Positions 12,290 through 26,554 of a stretch of 64,000 bases of DNA are shown here, in pieces. Under the pieces are notes generated by a model. The model worked only from the letters and a program-made list of their open reading frames with translations. It had not been told where the DNA came from and ran no database searches. A program made the position numbers and the translations under genes. The DNA is from Octopus vulgaris (lineage: Eukaryota). Position 1 is the first letter of the stretch. Each line of letters starts with the position of its first letter. The stretch covers positions 67,456,001 to 67,520,000 of the forward strand of contig OX597816.1 in NCBI GenBank assembly GCA_951406725.2, written 5' to 3'.

Positions 12290-12930
12290 ACAAAAACAAT
12301 GTTACATTTTAAACTTCAGAAAAGTCTTGCAGATTTTGACTATTCCACTTACAGATTGTATTTGTAATCTGCAAGTTAGTTGGTTGATTTCTCTTTTTTG
12401 AAAGTCCTAGCTTATTCAGATTGTCACTCGAGCATTTAATCATCAAGCCAAGCACAGTAATTATTATTGGTATAAATGTGAATTTATAATCTGGGTATAG
12501 GAGTTGAATGTTTCAAAGTAATTGACCGTAGTTATCCTCTTTCTCTTTGATTTTCTAACAGATATTTCCATCAGTAGGACAGCTGACTTCTATGATGGTA
12601 CATACTTTTTCTTGTTTGTCCCAAACAATGACATCTGGCTTGTTATGTTTACACTTGACAGATGTTTTGATGGGAATGTTCCATCCGAATTTCTTGATGT
12701 TCATGTATGTATTCCATAACAGGGGGATCCTTTTGTATTTGTTCCTGGACAGTCTTTTTTTCAAATGGCATTGTATACTGTTTTTTTTGCAAAATCTTCA
12801 TATTGCATAGGGAGGTAGTATCTTGATGACATTTTTGGGCAGGTGCTAATCACAGGTGATGTCTTCCACAGAAATGGGACATAAACTACATTTTCGGTTG
12901 CATCTTCATGTTTGAAAGGCTTCACTGTCT
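12290..12930 (-). pseudogene. 3' relic of an R4/Dong-like non-LTR retrotransposon (restriction-like endonuclease region)
   Basis: KHNKPDVIVWDKQEKVCTIIEVSCP (PD..E motif of RLE LINEs), preceded by a degenerate Cys/His knuckle (CSLCP..VEDI..CPKMSSRYY); frameshifted. Confidence 0.7.
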
Positions 12931-12999
12931 CTCTGTTTGTTTGTTTGTATGTATGTACGTATGTACATACATATATATGTATGTACTTATCCTCCTCCT

Positions 13000-13345
13000 C
13001 ATCATCATTGTTTAACGTCCGTTTTCCATGCTAGCACGGGTTGGATGGTTCAACCGGGGTCTGGGAAGCCAGGAGGCTGCACCAGGCTCCAGTCTGATCT
13101 GGCAGTGTTTCTACAGCTGGATGCCCTTCCTAACGCCAACCACTCTGTGAGTGTAGTGGGTGCTTTTTACATGCCACCGGCACGGGGGCCAGGGGAGGCT
13201 GGCAAACGGCCACAATCGGTTGGTGCTTTTTACGTGTCACTGACACAGATGTCAGTCAGCATCAGCCACGTTTGGACGGAGCTTTTTATGTGTCACCAGC
13301 ACGGGTATCTTAACTACAATTTCCATCTGATTTTTATTTTGATGT
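13000..13345 (-). mobile_element. SINE-like family C
   Basis: Same core and (CAT)n end as the other C copies. Confidence 0.75.
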
Positions 13346-13383
13346 TATGTTCGTGTATTTATGTATGTATGCATGTATGTATG

Positions 13384-13694
13384 TGGAGGCGCAATGGCCC
13401 AGTGGTTAGGGCAGCGGACTCGTGGTCGTACAATCGCAGTTTCGATTCCCAGACTGGGCATTGTGAGTGCTTATTGAGCGAAAACACCTAAAAGCTCCAT
13501 GAGGCTCCGGCAGTGGGGTGGTGGCAATTCCTGCTGTACTCTCTCACCACAACTTTCTCTCACTCTTTCTTCTGTTGGCCTGCTCGCTTAACGAGCAGAG
13601 TGGTGTCACTTGATGGCTAAAACAATGCAAAGCGCATTGTGACCAGCAATGTGTAGCAACGTCAGATAGCCTGGTTGGTCACATGATCATGTGA
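13384..13694 (+). mobile_element. tRNA-derived SINE, head D + tail 1
   Basis: ggaggcgcaatggcccagtggttagggcagcggactcg...gtttcgattcccag head (A/B boxes); tail 1 also at 39547-39640. Confidence 0.8.
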
Positions 13695-13820
13695 TGTATG
13701 TTCATATGTATGTACGTACATATTTATGTATGTATTTACATTTGTAAGTACATACACTTATTTAGTCCTAGATCAGTTCTGATCAAGCAAACATATTATC
13801 TAAAGTATTCTAGTTATGCT

Positions 13821-14335
13821 GTGGAGGCGCAATGGCCCAGTGGTTAGGGCAGCAGACTTGCGGTTGAAGGATCGCGGTTTTGATTCCCAGACTGGACATT
13901 GTGAGTGTTTATTGAGCGAAAGCACCTAAAGCTCCATGAGGCTCCGACAGGGTGTGGTGGTGAACCCTGCTGTACTCTTTCACCACAACTTTCTTTCACT
14001 CTTTCTTCTTGTTTCTGTTGTACCTGTAATTCAAAGGGCCAGCCTTGTCACAATCTGTGTCATGCTGAATCTCCCCGAGAACTATGTTAAGGGTACACAT
14101 GTCTGTGGGGCGCTCAGCCACTTGCATGTTAATAAATGAGCTGTGATTTCACTGGTGCCAAGCTGTATTGGCTTTTGCCTTTCCTTTGGATAACATCGGT
14201 GGTGTGGAGAGGGGAGGCTGGTATGCATGGGCGACTGCTGGCCTTCCATAAACAACCTTGTCCGGACTATGTGCCTTGGAGGGTAACTTTCTAGGTGCAA
14301 TCCCATGGTCATTCATGAACGAAGGGGGTCACACA
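13821..14335 (+). mobile_element. tRNA-derived SINE, head D + tail 2, 12-bp TSD
   Basis: TSD tctagttatgct at 13809-13820 and 14336-14347. Confidence 0.85.
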
Positions 14336-14763
14336 TCTAGTTATGCTATAGTTCTAAATCTAGTGATTTAATACTGTAACACACTATGAGCAGCATGTAT
14401 AGCAAGATAGAAATATAATATATTATGCATATATAGCCAGAATAAAATATGATATATTATGTATATATAGTAAAACAGAAATATAGTATAGGATTTATGT
14501 TAATATAGTGAAATAGAAACGTAATATAGCATGTATACATAAGATAGAAATATTGTTTGTCTGTATAGCCTATATTACCATCAACATCATGTGAGATAAT
14601 TTGTTAGGGCTTGAATGACAGCACAGTCCTTCTTCAGTACAGGGGAAGGAGTGGTCTTGGAGGAAAGCAGTTTTGAGTATGATTCTGCATGCTCTTCTCA
14701 GTGTGTGGCAGAGCTGATTCTGAGAAGAGAGAGAGAGAGAGAGAGAGAGGAATTAACTTCAGT

Positions 14764-15160
14764 ACTCTTTTACTTGTTTCAGTCATTTGACTGTGGCCAT
14801 GCTGGACCACCACCTTTAGTCGAGCAGGACTTATTCTTTGTAAGCCTAGTACTTATTCTATCGGTCTCTTTTGCTGAACCACTAAGTTACAGGGACGTAC
14901 ACACACCAGCATTGGTTGCCAAGCGATGTTGGTGGGGACAAACACAGACACACAAACATATATACACACTCATGCATATATATATATACATATATACGAC
15001 AGGCTTCTTTCAGTTTCCGTCTACCAAATCCACTCACAAGGCTTTGGTTGGCCCAAGGCTATAGTAGAAGACACTTGCCCAAGGTGCCATGCAGTTGGAC
15101 TGAACCCGGAACCATGTCGTTGGTAAGCAAGCAACTTACCACACAGCCACTCCTACGCCT
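14764..15160 (-). mobile_element. SINE family A
   Basis: Colinear with family A. Confidence 0.85.
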
Positions 15161-15379
15161 ATTTCAAAAAAAGTACTTGACTTATTTACTGAGTCTGGAG
15201 GTAAGGGCAGAGCCGATGATCTTGACAGGCCCTCTGAGACTGGTGAGATTGATGTTGTTAATGTTCTGATTAAACTGCTGCTGGTCATCACTGACAGGAA
15301 AGAACTGAATTGGGTGTGGAGAAGAGAATCCATAAGGCCAATATTCTGGGGTTGGAGGATTGGGCATAATCCCTTGTAT

Positions 15380-16015
15380 TACATGCAGAAGGCCTGAAAC
15401 TTTGGTGGGAGGAGGCTAGTCAATTACATCAACCGCAGTGGTTGACTGGTACTTATTTCCTCGACCCTGAAGGGTTGAAAAGCAAAGTCGACCACGGCAG
15501 TATTTGAATTCATATTGTAAACACGGATGAAATGCCTCTAAGCATTTTGTTTAGTGTCCTTAGCAATTCTTATTTCTTTACTGCCCACAAGGGGCTAAAC
15601 ATAGAGGGGACAAACAAGGACAGACAAAGGGAGTAAGTCAATTATATTGACCCCGGTGTGTAACTGGTACTTATTTAATCGACCCTGAAAGGATGAAAGG
15701 CAAAGTCGACCTCGGCGGAACTCAGATTGTAAACACAGATGAAATGCTTCTAAGCATTTTGTTTAGTGTCCTAGCAATCCTTATTTCTTTACTACCCACA
15801 AGGGGCTAAACATAGAGGGGGCAAACAAGGACAGATAAACGGATTAAGTCGATTATATCGACCCCAGTGCGTAACTGGTACTTATTTAATTGATACTGAA
15901 AGGATGAAAGGCAAAGTCGACCTTGGTGGAATTTGAACTCAGAATGTAGCGGCAGACGAAATACTGCTAAGCATTTTGCCTGGTGTGCTAACGTTTCTGC
16001 CAGCTCGCTGCCTTA
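15380..16015 (-). mobile_element. Cluster of three nested/tandem SINE family B copies
   Basis: The core gaaaggatgaaaggcaaagtcgacctcggcgg occurs three times. Confidence 0.8.
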
Positions 16016-17441
16016 GGATTGGACATGATGTCCATCTTCCATGCCAGCATGAAAGATGGATGTTAAACGATGATGATCATCATCATCTCCCAATTGTGTG
16101 ATCTGATAGGAAACTTCTGAGCCAGGAGATGAGGGCCTATAGGCAGGAAGTTTAGACAAGAAATTTGCATGCCTGCACAGATGAAGTCTTAGCTGATATC
16201 CAGAGCAATAACATTGCTTTTTCTCAACTTTTCTAAAGTGAGAACCCACAGGTGAGTGACATAAGTATTTCTCTAATGAGTCTGGCTCATTGGTAACCAT
16301 ACTAGTGGTCATTGAGGAGAGAAAAAAGAGAGAGAGTGATATTTTAGCTGATGGATAACATCATTGCTAATGACTGTCTCCATTACCATGGGTGTTAGGG
16401 GTTAGGTAAGATTATTCTTGACCATGACCATCATGTATTTTAGGAATGTCTAGGATTACATTATCTAATATGTTCTTTTCTTATTTAAATCAAGTGTGAA
16501 TTGAGGAAGATTTGGCTGTTATTTCTAACTGTACATGTGACCACATAGGGCTTCCCTTGTTAGGCCATGCTGGTAAGTGAAGGTTACTAATCAGGTTGGT
16601 AGACACGATCTTTGATGTTTATGTGTATAGCAGCTGTCCTGTGTCAGATAGGTATGTGAGTGGCATGTTAATGCGGGACACACGGACACACATATGTGTA
16701 CACATGCGCACGTATGTATTTAAGTTGTAGAGAATCAGTTACTAGTCAGAAGTGAAGTATTGAAATAATCAAACTGAGAAAAACAGGTGTCATCTTATAC
16801 CTTACCTAGAGGCACAAGACAATGGTTTCTTTGAGATTTGAACTCGTGACCTTTTGGTTAGTAGATTTGTACTTTAACCTCACATGAAAATATAATAAAT
16901 TAGAAAAAAAAAAACAAATGGAAATGTTTAGACTTCAGGTTAGCAAAATCTATTGTCAAAACTAATAGCATTTTCGTGATGGTGGTGGTGGTGGTGGTTA
17001 TAGTGGCAGGTAGTGATGGTGGTGAGGATGATAAAAAGTGCTAGTAGTTTTGGTGATGATGATGGTGCTAGTGATGCTGGTGGTTGTATCGATGGTGACA
17101 GTCGTAACTGACACCATCGGAGACAAGCATTTCTATGGATATATTTAGTGCAGGCATATCAAATTCATTTGGTTTTGTGAGACAGATTGAAACAATTTAG
17201 ATTTCAAGAGTCAGACTGAGACAATTACTTCAAGAAAATGGATAAAGGTCTTGGTAAATATTATAACAACTATATTCTAGGCACAAGGCCAAAATTAGGA
17301 GAAGGGGCCAGAATCTTGGAAATGAAGGACATCGCTTGCATGACTGTAACACTTGTTCACAACTGTCACGCAATGTAAAGTTAAGGAGGTGTAACACACA
17401 CGCGTGTGCTCACACATATAAATATATATATATATATATAG

Positions 17442-17479
<38 letters not shown>

Positions 17480-18101
17480 GAGCGTGATTGTTACCAGCGT
17501 CGCCTTAAAGAGCACCATCCGAGCGTGATCGTTGCCAGAGCGGCTATCTGGCCTCCGTGCCTGTGGCACGTAAAAGACACCATTCGAGCATGATCGTTAC
17601 CAGCATCGCCTTGCTGGCACCTGTGCCGGTGGCATGTGTAAAAGATTCGAGCGAGTTCGTTGCCAGTACTGCCTGACTGGCCCCATGCCGGTGGCACGTA
17701 AAAGCACCCACTACACTCTCAGAGTGGTTGGCATTAGGAAGGGCATCCAGCTGTAGAAACTCTGCCAGATCAAAATTGAAGCCTGGTGCAGTCATCTGGT
17801 TCGCCAGCCCTCAGTCATTTCGTCCAACCCATGCTAGCATGGAAAGCGCACGTTAAACGATGATGATGATGATATGATGGGCTGGCAGAAACATTAGCGC
17901 GCTGGGCGAAATGCGTAGCCGTATTTCGTCTGCCGTTACGTTTTGAGTTCAAATTCCGCCAAGGTCGACTTTGCCTTTCATCCTTTCGGGGTCGATTAAA
18001 TAAGTACCAGTTGCGCACTGCGTTCGATGTTATCGACGTAATCCCTTTGTCTGTCCTTGTTTGTTCCCTCTGTTTAGCCCCTTCTGGGTAGTAAAGAAAT
18101 A
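17480..18101 (+). mobile_element. Family C copy followed directly by a SINE family B copy
   Basis: C subrepeats and (GAT)n tail to ~17872; B from gctggcagaaacattagc to gtagtaaagaaata. Confidence 0.8.
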
Positions 18102-18734
18102 GATATAATGGGCTACCTTTAGTTTCCTCCTACCAGATCTACTCCCAAGGATTTGGTTGGCTCGAGGCTATAGTAGAAGACATTTGCTCAAGGTGCTATG
18201 CGAAGAGACTGAACTCAGAACCATGTTGTTGGGAAGCAAACATCTTATTACTCACCCATTTGTTGAGAGTCATTAATCAACGTTGCTGCAGACAATCCTT
18301 ATTCCTATTAATTATACAAATGTTAAACATAGCATGACCCCAGTCCCTTTCTTTTAATTCAGTCTCTGTCAGATTATGGACATATTGTAACTATCCACTT
18401 GTCTTTTAAATCCATGTACTTTAAACAGGATTTCCTTATCAGGACTATTCACAGAAAATTCAGCACTGTTACTATTCACTGAAAATCCGGCACTGTTTGT
18501 TTAGAATTGTGATTTGGTAATGTTTGCATTTTTATGCTATTGTAAAGCAAAATTATTCCACCTGTAATAACATCACGCATTAAATCATGGTACTTACTTC
18601 ATCAACCACAAAAGGATGAAAAGCAAAGTTGACCTTGGAATTTGAACTCAGAACGTAAAGACAAATGAAATGCCACAAAGTGCTTTGTTTGGCATGCTAA
18701 CGGTTCTGCCAGTTCACTGCTTTGATAATAATAA

Positions 18735-19420
18735 TTGTGCTGCATATGCAATAGAGTGGATGATACCATTGTCCATATCACAAATGCCCTAGACTTGCCC
18801 AAAACCACTACAAGTTGTGGCGACACAATCAGGTAGTGAAAGTGCTACATTGAAAACTGTGCAAAAAGTGGGGGCTAGAGAGAAGCAAGATATGATATGA
18901 GCACAAACTGCAGAGTGTAGCAGAGTTGGAGATTAGCAAAATCCTCTGGGATTTTCCAATTCAAACAGATCAGGTGCTAGAGCATAACAGACCGGACCTA
19001 GTGGTGGTGGACAAGGTGTACCACGTATGCTATATAGTTGATGTTGCATGCTCCTTTGACCCATGAATAGTTAAGAAGGAAGGCAAAAAGGTTAATACAA
19101 CCCTCTTAAGTATAAAATAGTCCGGCTATGGAAAATTAAGAAGGTGAAGATAGTGCAAATTATTGTTGGTATCACAAGGCATCAAGAGGAATATTAAGGA
19201 AATTGGAATAGAGTGCCCAGAAGAACTGTTACAAAAGGTTTGCCTCCTTGGCATGGCCAAAATAATCAGGTAAGTATTAGTATAACACTAGATAGAAAGT
19301 ATTAAAAAAGAATGAATAGCATGGTACCGTAGGCTGCAGGTAGGAAGCCTGCTATGCATGCAAGACTCCAGGAGCTCCAACAAAACATAATAAAGAGAAA
19401 ATAATAATAATAATAATAAA
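18735..19420 (+). pseudogene. Degenerate R4/Dong-like LINE 3' end with (AAT)n tail
   Basis: My translation includes KILWDFPIQTDQVLEHNRPDLVVVDK..CYIVDVACSFD (RLE PD..D motif); ends in (aat)n. Confidence 0.7.
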
Positions 19421-19959
19421 TGCCCTGATGCAGTGGCTCTCATGGCTTCTGATCTTAACTGATTGGAAATGTTATCATGTATTGTTTTGTTTTGGTATAA
19501 AAGATGGGCTACAGCAAATATTCTGCTCAATACTACAGATTTGCTTGTCAGTTGTTTGACCATAACCAGTTGAGCATGTCCCTTAGTGGCTGACAATACG
19601 TGCAATCTGATCATGAGCAGTTGTGGGAAGCATCATAGCCATGTGTTGAGAGGGATTCTTTGGGGTTTGGATAATTCACCTTTGGAAACATGGGTGGTTC
19701 ATTCAACATCCTTAAACAATCCTTATTCAGGGACCTTTTGAGCAGGATGGGCTACTCAACCAGAAGAAAATTCTAACTGGGCCCCCACCTGCAAGGTCAT
19801 GTGCTGTTTATCTTGATATGAGACCACGATGTCACGCATACACTGTTGTGATGCATGTGCCTAGCGTACCCTTATCAGATGGGTAGTCATGATGCGTATA
19901 CTGGGCTTCGTATATTTTACCCCAGTGTCACTTTGATGGCATGCACTGCTCTCTCACTC

Positions 19960-19960
<1 letters not shown>
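19421..19960 (+). mobile_element. Non-coding ~540-bp element inserted in an (AAT)n tract, probably a non-autonomous partner of R4/Dong-like LINEs
   Basis: Bounded by (aat)n on both sides and adjacent to the R4-like relic; no coding similarity. Confidence 0.45.
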
Positions 19961-20015
<55 letters not shown>

Positions 20016-22346
20016 TAATAACAATAATAATAATAATCCTTTCTACTGTAGACACTAGGCCTTGAAATTTTGGGGGAGGGGACTTGTCGATTACATCGAC
20101 CCTAGTGTTTCACTGGTACTTAATTTATCAACCCACTGAACATAACGGCAGGTGAAATACTGCAAAGCATCTTGCCTGGCATATTAATGGTTTTGTCAGC
20201 TCGCTGCCTTAGAAATAACTAATATACTTTTCTACTCTAGGCATAAGGCTCAACATTTTTGGAGAGAGGGCCAGTCAATTAGATCGACTGCAGTACGAAA
20301 CCGGTACTTAATTTATCGACCCCGAGAGGATGAAAGGCAAAGTCGACCTCGGCGTAAAGTAACTAATATTCACCTATAAACACCTTTCTGTTTTCAATTG
20401 TCTTCAGCTTCCCTCTTTCGTAAATTCTTTTCAGCGTATATTGCATTGCATACCAAGAATTTATTATGTAAGTCAAGATGTCCGCTTTGTGAAGAGCAGA
20501 GTATCCAGAATCATATCTCGAGTTTATGCAGACCCATATTGCGGAAAGAGGTCAACATTGAAGTTGAAAACACTATATTGTTATCGAATCTACAAAACCA
20601 ACATCCCTGTACAGCCAGCATAAGTTCACATTTTCCTGGTTCATTATTAAGCGATGCAGTAATGTCCGCTTTTTGAGATATAGAGTATCAAGGACTACAT
20701 TATCAAGTGAGTTTTTCAAATTTTTAAGATGATAAGGTGTGATCTAAATGAAATTTTTTGCTATCCCCAGCAAACTGACTGACTGCAAAAAGGCTCCTTC
20801 TTTCCTAGTTTTTGTGTAGTTTAACTGCAGACCTGATCTAAGAGAGCCGACTCGGGGCTAAGGAACAACTTTTTAGAGATTCATTAAAAAATGAAAGTTG
20901 CCTACACGAAGTAACTGCTTCAACGTATCTTAACATGCGTTTTCAGGAAGTTTATACTTGTATAACTTGTCTACTTAGGTAGAAAAATAAAGTGAAAGAA
21001 ATGTAAATAAAATCATTTCTGAAGTGAACATCTTCTTATAAGCATACAGAGATTTATCTTTATAAACAATAATAATAATAATAATAATTGAGCTAAGGGA
21101 CTTGCCTTAATCATATAATTACTTATAATTGTCACAATAATCATTTCTAAAATACACACAAAGTATCAAATACAGAGGAATGGGTTAAATATTCAATAAA
21201 ATGACCTGACCTAATATGTCACTGATAATTTATATTACAGATTCCGGAAAAATGAAAGACGAAGCTGACCATAACAGAATTTAGACACGAAATGTAAAAG
21301 GCTGAATGACCTAATTAAATTGAAACTCTGTGTCTGGTGTTCCACTGGTTTTCTGAACGAAGCCCTGTCTTTTTAACACACGTTTTTCTGAGGAATTTTC
21401 TATGAGACAAAAAATATTACAGCTAGTGCCATCTCACGTATGTATACACAATATTAATGTTATACACACCGGTAATTTAATCAAGTGTGTATATCAATAA
21501 TGGGTTTCATCTCCCACATTGCCTATTCTGCCATCACCTGCAGTTTCTCGTTTTAATTGTCAGTGAAGCCATTAGAGAAACAAATCAGCTCAACATTAAA
21601 CTGATTAACAGACATTCCATATTGTGTTCAAGTGTGTGTGTTCTACTGAACACACACACTTGCTCCAGGCCGAGCAATGCCTTAACAGTGGATTTGTTTG
21701 GTGGAAACTGAGGAAGCCCGCTGCGCGCACCTTTCTGTTTGTGCGTGTCCACTTCATCACTTGACAATCAGTGTTGGTGTGCTATGTCCTCGTAACTTAG
21801 TGTTTCAGCAAATCATTGATAAAATAAGTATCAAACATAAAAAGAAAAGTACTGGAGTCGATCTGTTTGACCAAAACCCATCAAGGCAGTGCCCCAGCAT
21901 GACCGCCGTTCAATGGCTGAAACTAGTAAGAGATAAAAGTGTTATAGAGGCCAGCTGTTTTGAAGATGTGGACAGCGAGGAGAATAACAACTATGGATGT
22001 GGCTATGTGGTTAGAAGTTTGCTTCCCAGCCACAAGTTTCTGGGTTCAGTCCCACTGCATGGAACCTTGGGCAATTGTCTTCTACTATTACCCTCGAACA
22101 GACCTAAGTTTTATGAGTAGATTTGGTAGATGGAAACAGAAAGAAGCCGTTGTTTATATACAGGACAGGTGAAAAGCAAGTAGGCATTACAAATTGGTAA
22201 TAAAATCCATAATCCTTTTACAAATCTACTGAAACAAATGATACATGTTCTTTACTGTGTAGCGGTCTCTGATATCCTCACTGTTTGAGAGACACGGCAG
22301 GAATGATCTCGTTTGAGATTACAGCCATCTTTGGCCGAGTTGTTCC

Positions 22347-23265
22347 TGTTGTAACCACTGACCTGAATGGTTGACAAGTGGCGCGATTTGCCTCTACTTA
22401 TTTCGCGCCACTGGCCAAAGCCAACCAATCACGGCCTTTGGTTAAGGTCCCTTTTCCTAGGCTCTGTTGAGCCACCTTACTTGTATATAAGGGAGTGTTC
22501 TCAGTATACTTGGTCTTTGGTTCTAGTCCTTCTAAGGGCTAACCTCTGGCCACAGAGCTACTCAACATGTTCCAGTCACAGCGACAGACGATCAGCCACG
22601 ATGACGCTAATGCACACCCACAACAGAAAGCCTTCTATCTCCGCCGCCGTCGTCACCATCATTGTACCAACTTCAAGTCGTCTCTACCATCGTCGCCCTC
22701 ACCATCGTCCACTTCAGACATGTACACACCAACTTCACAGATCCACGCTGTTAGAGTGAATCCCTTCACCAAGTAGAAACAGTCCATCTGAAGAATTCTA
22801 TATTAAGAGAACCAGCTCAGCGATTGAGACCACGACCGCGGCTCGACAATAATTCGCCCAACCGGTCTCCGCCCAAGACACATCTTGATATTGAACTCTT
22901 ACATTTCGTGTACCTCATGAACTGTAAACCAATTTCCATCATTAACTCTATGCTCTGCACTTTCTATGTCACACGCATTCACCCTTATTGTATCTGTCAT
23001 CCACACGAACACACAGACACAAACACGTGTTGCATGCACACATACACAACACTTGCTAGCACTCACAACCTTCTAACCTTAACACCTTGTAAATAAAATC
23101 TTATCTTCTCTCAAACAGTGGAACGGCTTGTCGTCAATTCATCTATATTCTGTTGGCACTGCATTGTATAAATTGTATTTATGGCTTATCTTATTTCGTT
23201 AGGGATGCGACCGTGTGACTTACCTACGTCGCCAACCTCCACATACGGTCGTATTTCCTACAACT
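22347..23265 (+). mobile_element. Candidate solo LTR
   Basis: Termini tgttgta...tacaac(t); CCAAT (~22426), TATATAAG (~22484), AATAAA (~23092); GC-richer, free of microsatellites. No TSD found. Confidence 0.45.
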
Positions 23266-23287
23266 GCATGGGAAAATGAAAGTAAAA

Positions 23288-23900
23288 TTCATATTTCAAC
23301 GTAAGCACCAGTGGTGTCAACCAGTTTCCACAAATGACCAGGGATGAGCAACCTGCCGAAGGACATTGTCTTGGATATCATTGAGAACCTCCTGAATCCG
23401 TGTCTCCAAGTCCTCCAGTGTGCAAGGTTTTGTCTTGTACACCTCCTCTTTTGTGTAACCCCACTGGTAAAAATCACATGGAGTGAGATCTGGACTTCTT
23501 GGAGTTCTGAACTTCTGCAGTCACGGTCTTCAGGTTTTAGCTCCTGCGCGTAATGAGGTTTCTACAGACGAAAATTCAATTGTTTATGCAACACGGTACA
23601 TATTGTATATCTTTTTAGTCGCCTTTCACAAGTTGTTGAAACTTGGGCTGCAATTAAACATTTCCTGCACTGTTGCTACATTCTCTATTAGCAATGTGGC
23701 TGGACGACCACTTCTTGCCTCGTTCACAGAACCCATGGTCATCAGCTTTGTATGATGACCATGGGTTTTATTGTCTTCGGACGTAGTGTTGCAACCTTAC
23801 CTTTCCATGCATGCCACCGTCTCTGAACCAAAACAATGGAATTCTACACTTCATAGAGTGCTGCTGTCTTAGCTCGCTCATGAGCAGTCAAGTGACAAGC
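23288..23900 (-). pseudogene. Degenerate Tc1/mariner (Tc3-like) transposase remnant
   Basis: Minus-strand VYKTKPCTLEDLETRIQEVLNDI resembles Tc3-like transposase C-termini. Confidence 0.45.
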
Positions 23901-24146
23901 CATCTGGAAAATAAGAAATAAGATAATAAGAAAATAAGAAATCCCCATTAGTGTTGTCTGTTTAAAAAATAATTTCGTGATGACTTCAGTGATACTAAAA
24001 ATTCTATAAGCAATTTCTAATGCCTAGTTACATGTACACACCTTGTACACACACACACACACACACACACGTGTAATTGTATATGTGTGTTTGTTTTCCA
24101 CCACAGCATAACAGCCTCTGTTCGTAAGTTATTCTTCTTATAATAT

Positions 24147-25890
24147 ATTTGAGATCATCAAAGCCGGCAAAAACACCATCCTGCTTCGGCACCTTCATGA
24201 GCTTCTGTGTCAGTGCTGGGAAGAGGGTACAGTCCCTCAGGATATGCGGGATGCCAACATCATTACGCTCTACAAAAACAAAGGTGACCGTGGTGATTGT
24301 AACAATTACCGTGGTATATCCCTTCTAAGCACTGTTGGAAAGACCTTTGCCCGCGTTATCCTGGCCAGGCTACAACTACTTGCTTCTCGAATCTATCCGG
24401 AATCGCAGTGTGGCTTTAGAAGAAGCAGATCAACTATCGATATGATATTCTCCATACGCCAACTTCAGGAGAAGTCTAGAGAGCAGAAAATGCCATTATA
24501 TATGGCCTTCATTGATCTAACAAAGGCTTTTGACTCGGTAAGCAGAACAGGCCTCTTCCTCCTGCTCCAAAAATCGGATGTCCACCAAAGCTGCTGAGGA
24601 TCATCAAGTCTTTCCATGATGACATGCAAGGCACCATACAGCACAACGGTTCAACATCAGCCGCCTTCCAAATAAAAAACGGGGTAAAGCAAGGCTGTGT
24701 CCTCGCTCCTACATTGTTTGGCATCTTCTTCTCACTCTTGCTGTCACATGCCTTTCAGACATCAGATGATGGAGTGTTTCTGCACAGTAGAAGTGACGGG
24801 AAACTGTTCAATCTCTCACGCCTGCGTGCCAAGACCAAAATCAGAAACGTCCTGATCAAGGAGATGTTATTTGCTGATGATGCCGCTCTGGTAACACACA
24901 CAGAAGAAGCCCTCCAAAGGCTCATTAACTGTTTTGAGCAAGCATGTAACGACTTTGGCTTAGCTATCAGCCTTAAGAAGACCAACATCATGGGCCAAGC
25001 TACATCGGACATCCCAAACATACATATTGGAGACCACAGATTACAAGAGGTGGAGAAGTTTACCTATCTGGGCTCTACCGTCACCTTCAACCAACCCTTG
25101 ACGCTGAGCTCAATATACGCATTGGCAAGGCAGCTGCTGCGATGGCCCAACTCTCCAAACGGGCTTGGGACAACAATAAGCTGACCAAGACCACAAAAAT
25201 GAAGATCTACCAGGCATGTGTACTCAGCACTCTACTGTATGGAAGCGAGACCTGGACGCTATACACACGCCAAGAGCGTCGCCTAAACATCTTTCACCTG
25301 CGCTGCCTCCGAAAAATCCTCCACATCAAATGGCAGAATCATATCCTCAACAAAGATGTCCTCAGGCAAGCAGGAATACCAAGCATGTTTGCACTCCTCA
25401 CACAAAGACGTATGAGATGGCTTGGGCATGTTAGCCGTATGAAAGATGGCAGAATCCCCAAGGACATACTCTACGGAGAGCTTGCTAGGGGTACTAGGTC
25501 TGTGGGTAGACCGATCTTACGTTACAAGGATGTTTGCAAAAGGGATATGAAGGCCTGCAACATCAACATTAGCGGTTGGGAGGCAGTCGCCGGCAACTGT
25601 GGAGAATGGCGACGTACAGTAAAAGAGGGTATACAGAGGAGTGACAGAAAGAGAGAGGAGAAATGGAAAGAAAGGAAGAGACATAAACAAGAGACCATGG
25701 CACTACAACCAGCCAGGAACAGTCTTCGCTACATTTGCAGTACCTGCCAGAGGGAATGTTTGTCCAGGATAGGACTACACAGCCACAGCAAGAAATGTAA
25801 CAGGAAATAAAATATAACAGCCGGACTAGACCTAGAAAAAAAAAAAAAATGCGCAACTCCATTGTCTCCCGAGAAAGAAAGGATGCCAAA
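24147..25890 (+). mobile_element. 5'-truncated RTE-clade LINE (RT + C-terminal zinc knuckle), frameshifted
   Basis: ORFs 24244-24597, 24624-25184 and 25142-25810 give NYRGISLLS, PESQCGFR, FIDLTKAFDSV, GVKQGCVLAPTLF, LFADD, YLGS, RWLGHV and CSTCQRECLSRIGLHSH. Confidence 0.95.
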
Positions 25891-26361
25891 CCAATATAGC
25901 AGTTTAGCAAAAAAAGGCCGGTAGAATAAGTACCAAGCTTAAACAAATAAGCACTAAGGTCGATTCGTTCGACTAAAACACATAAAAGATATATATGTCC
26001 TAAAGTTGATGAACCAACTATTGTGCTTCTCCATTTTCTTATTTGCAATAAATATATATCTTTATCTTATATTAAACTTTTAATACTTTTTGATAGTATA
26101 AAAATATAAATATAAAAATAAAAAATAAAAAATATATAAAAAAATAATTAAATAAAATAATAAAATATATATATTTATAATTTATAAGTTTAAATTATTA
26201 ATTTAAATAATTTTTTAAAATTTTAACTTTAATTTAAATATTTTAATTGGATTTTTATATTTTATATTTTTTATATATTTTTTTAATTAATTTTATTTCT
26301 ATGTATTGGCTTATGATTTTCACTGTTTGATTTGCCTAATAGTGATTTTATCTCTAATTTA

Positions 26362-26420
<59 letters not shown>

Positions 26421-26465
26421 TTATTTAAGCCTGGTACTTATTCTACCGGTCATTTTTGCTAAACT

Positions 26466-26554
<89 letters not shown>

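Noticed and set aside
20398-20676. 92-aa ORF with CPLC motif in non-repetitive-looking DNA
   Set aside because: No recognisable family or convincing splice context.
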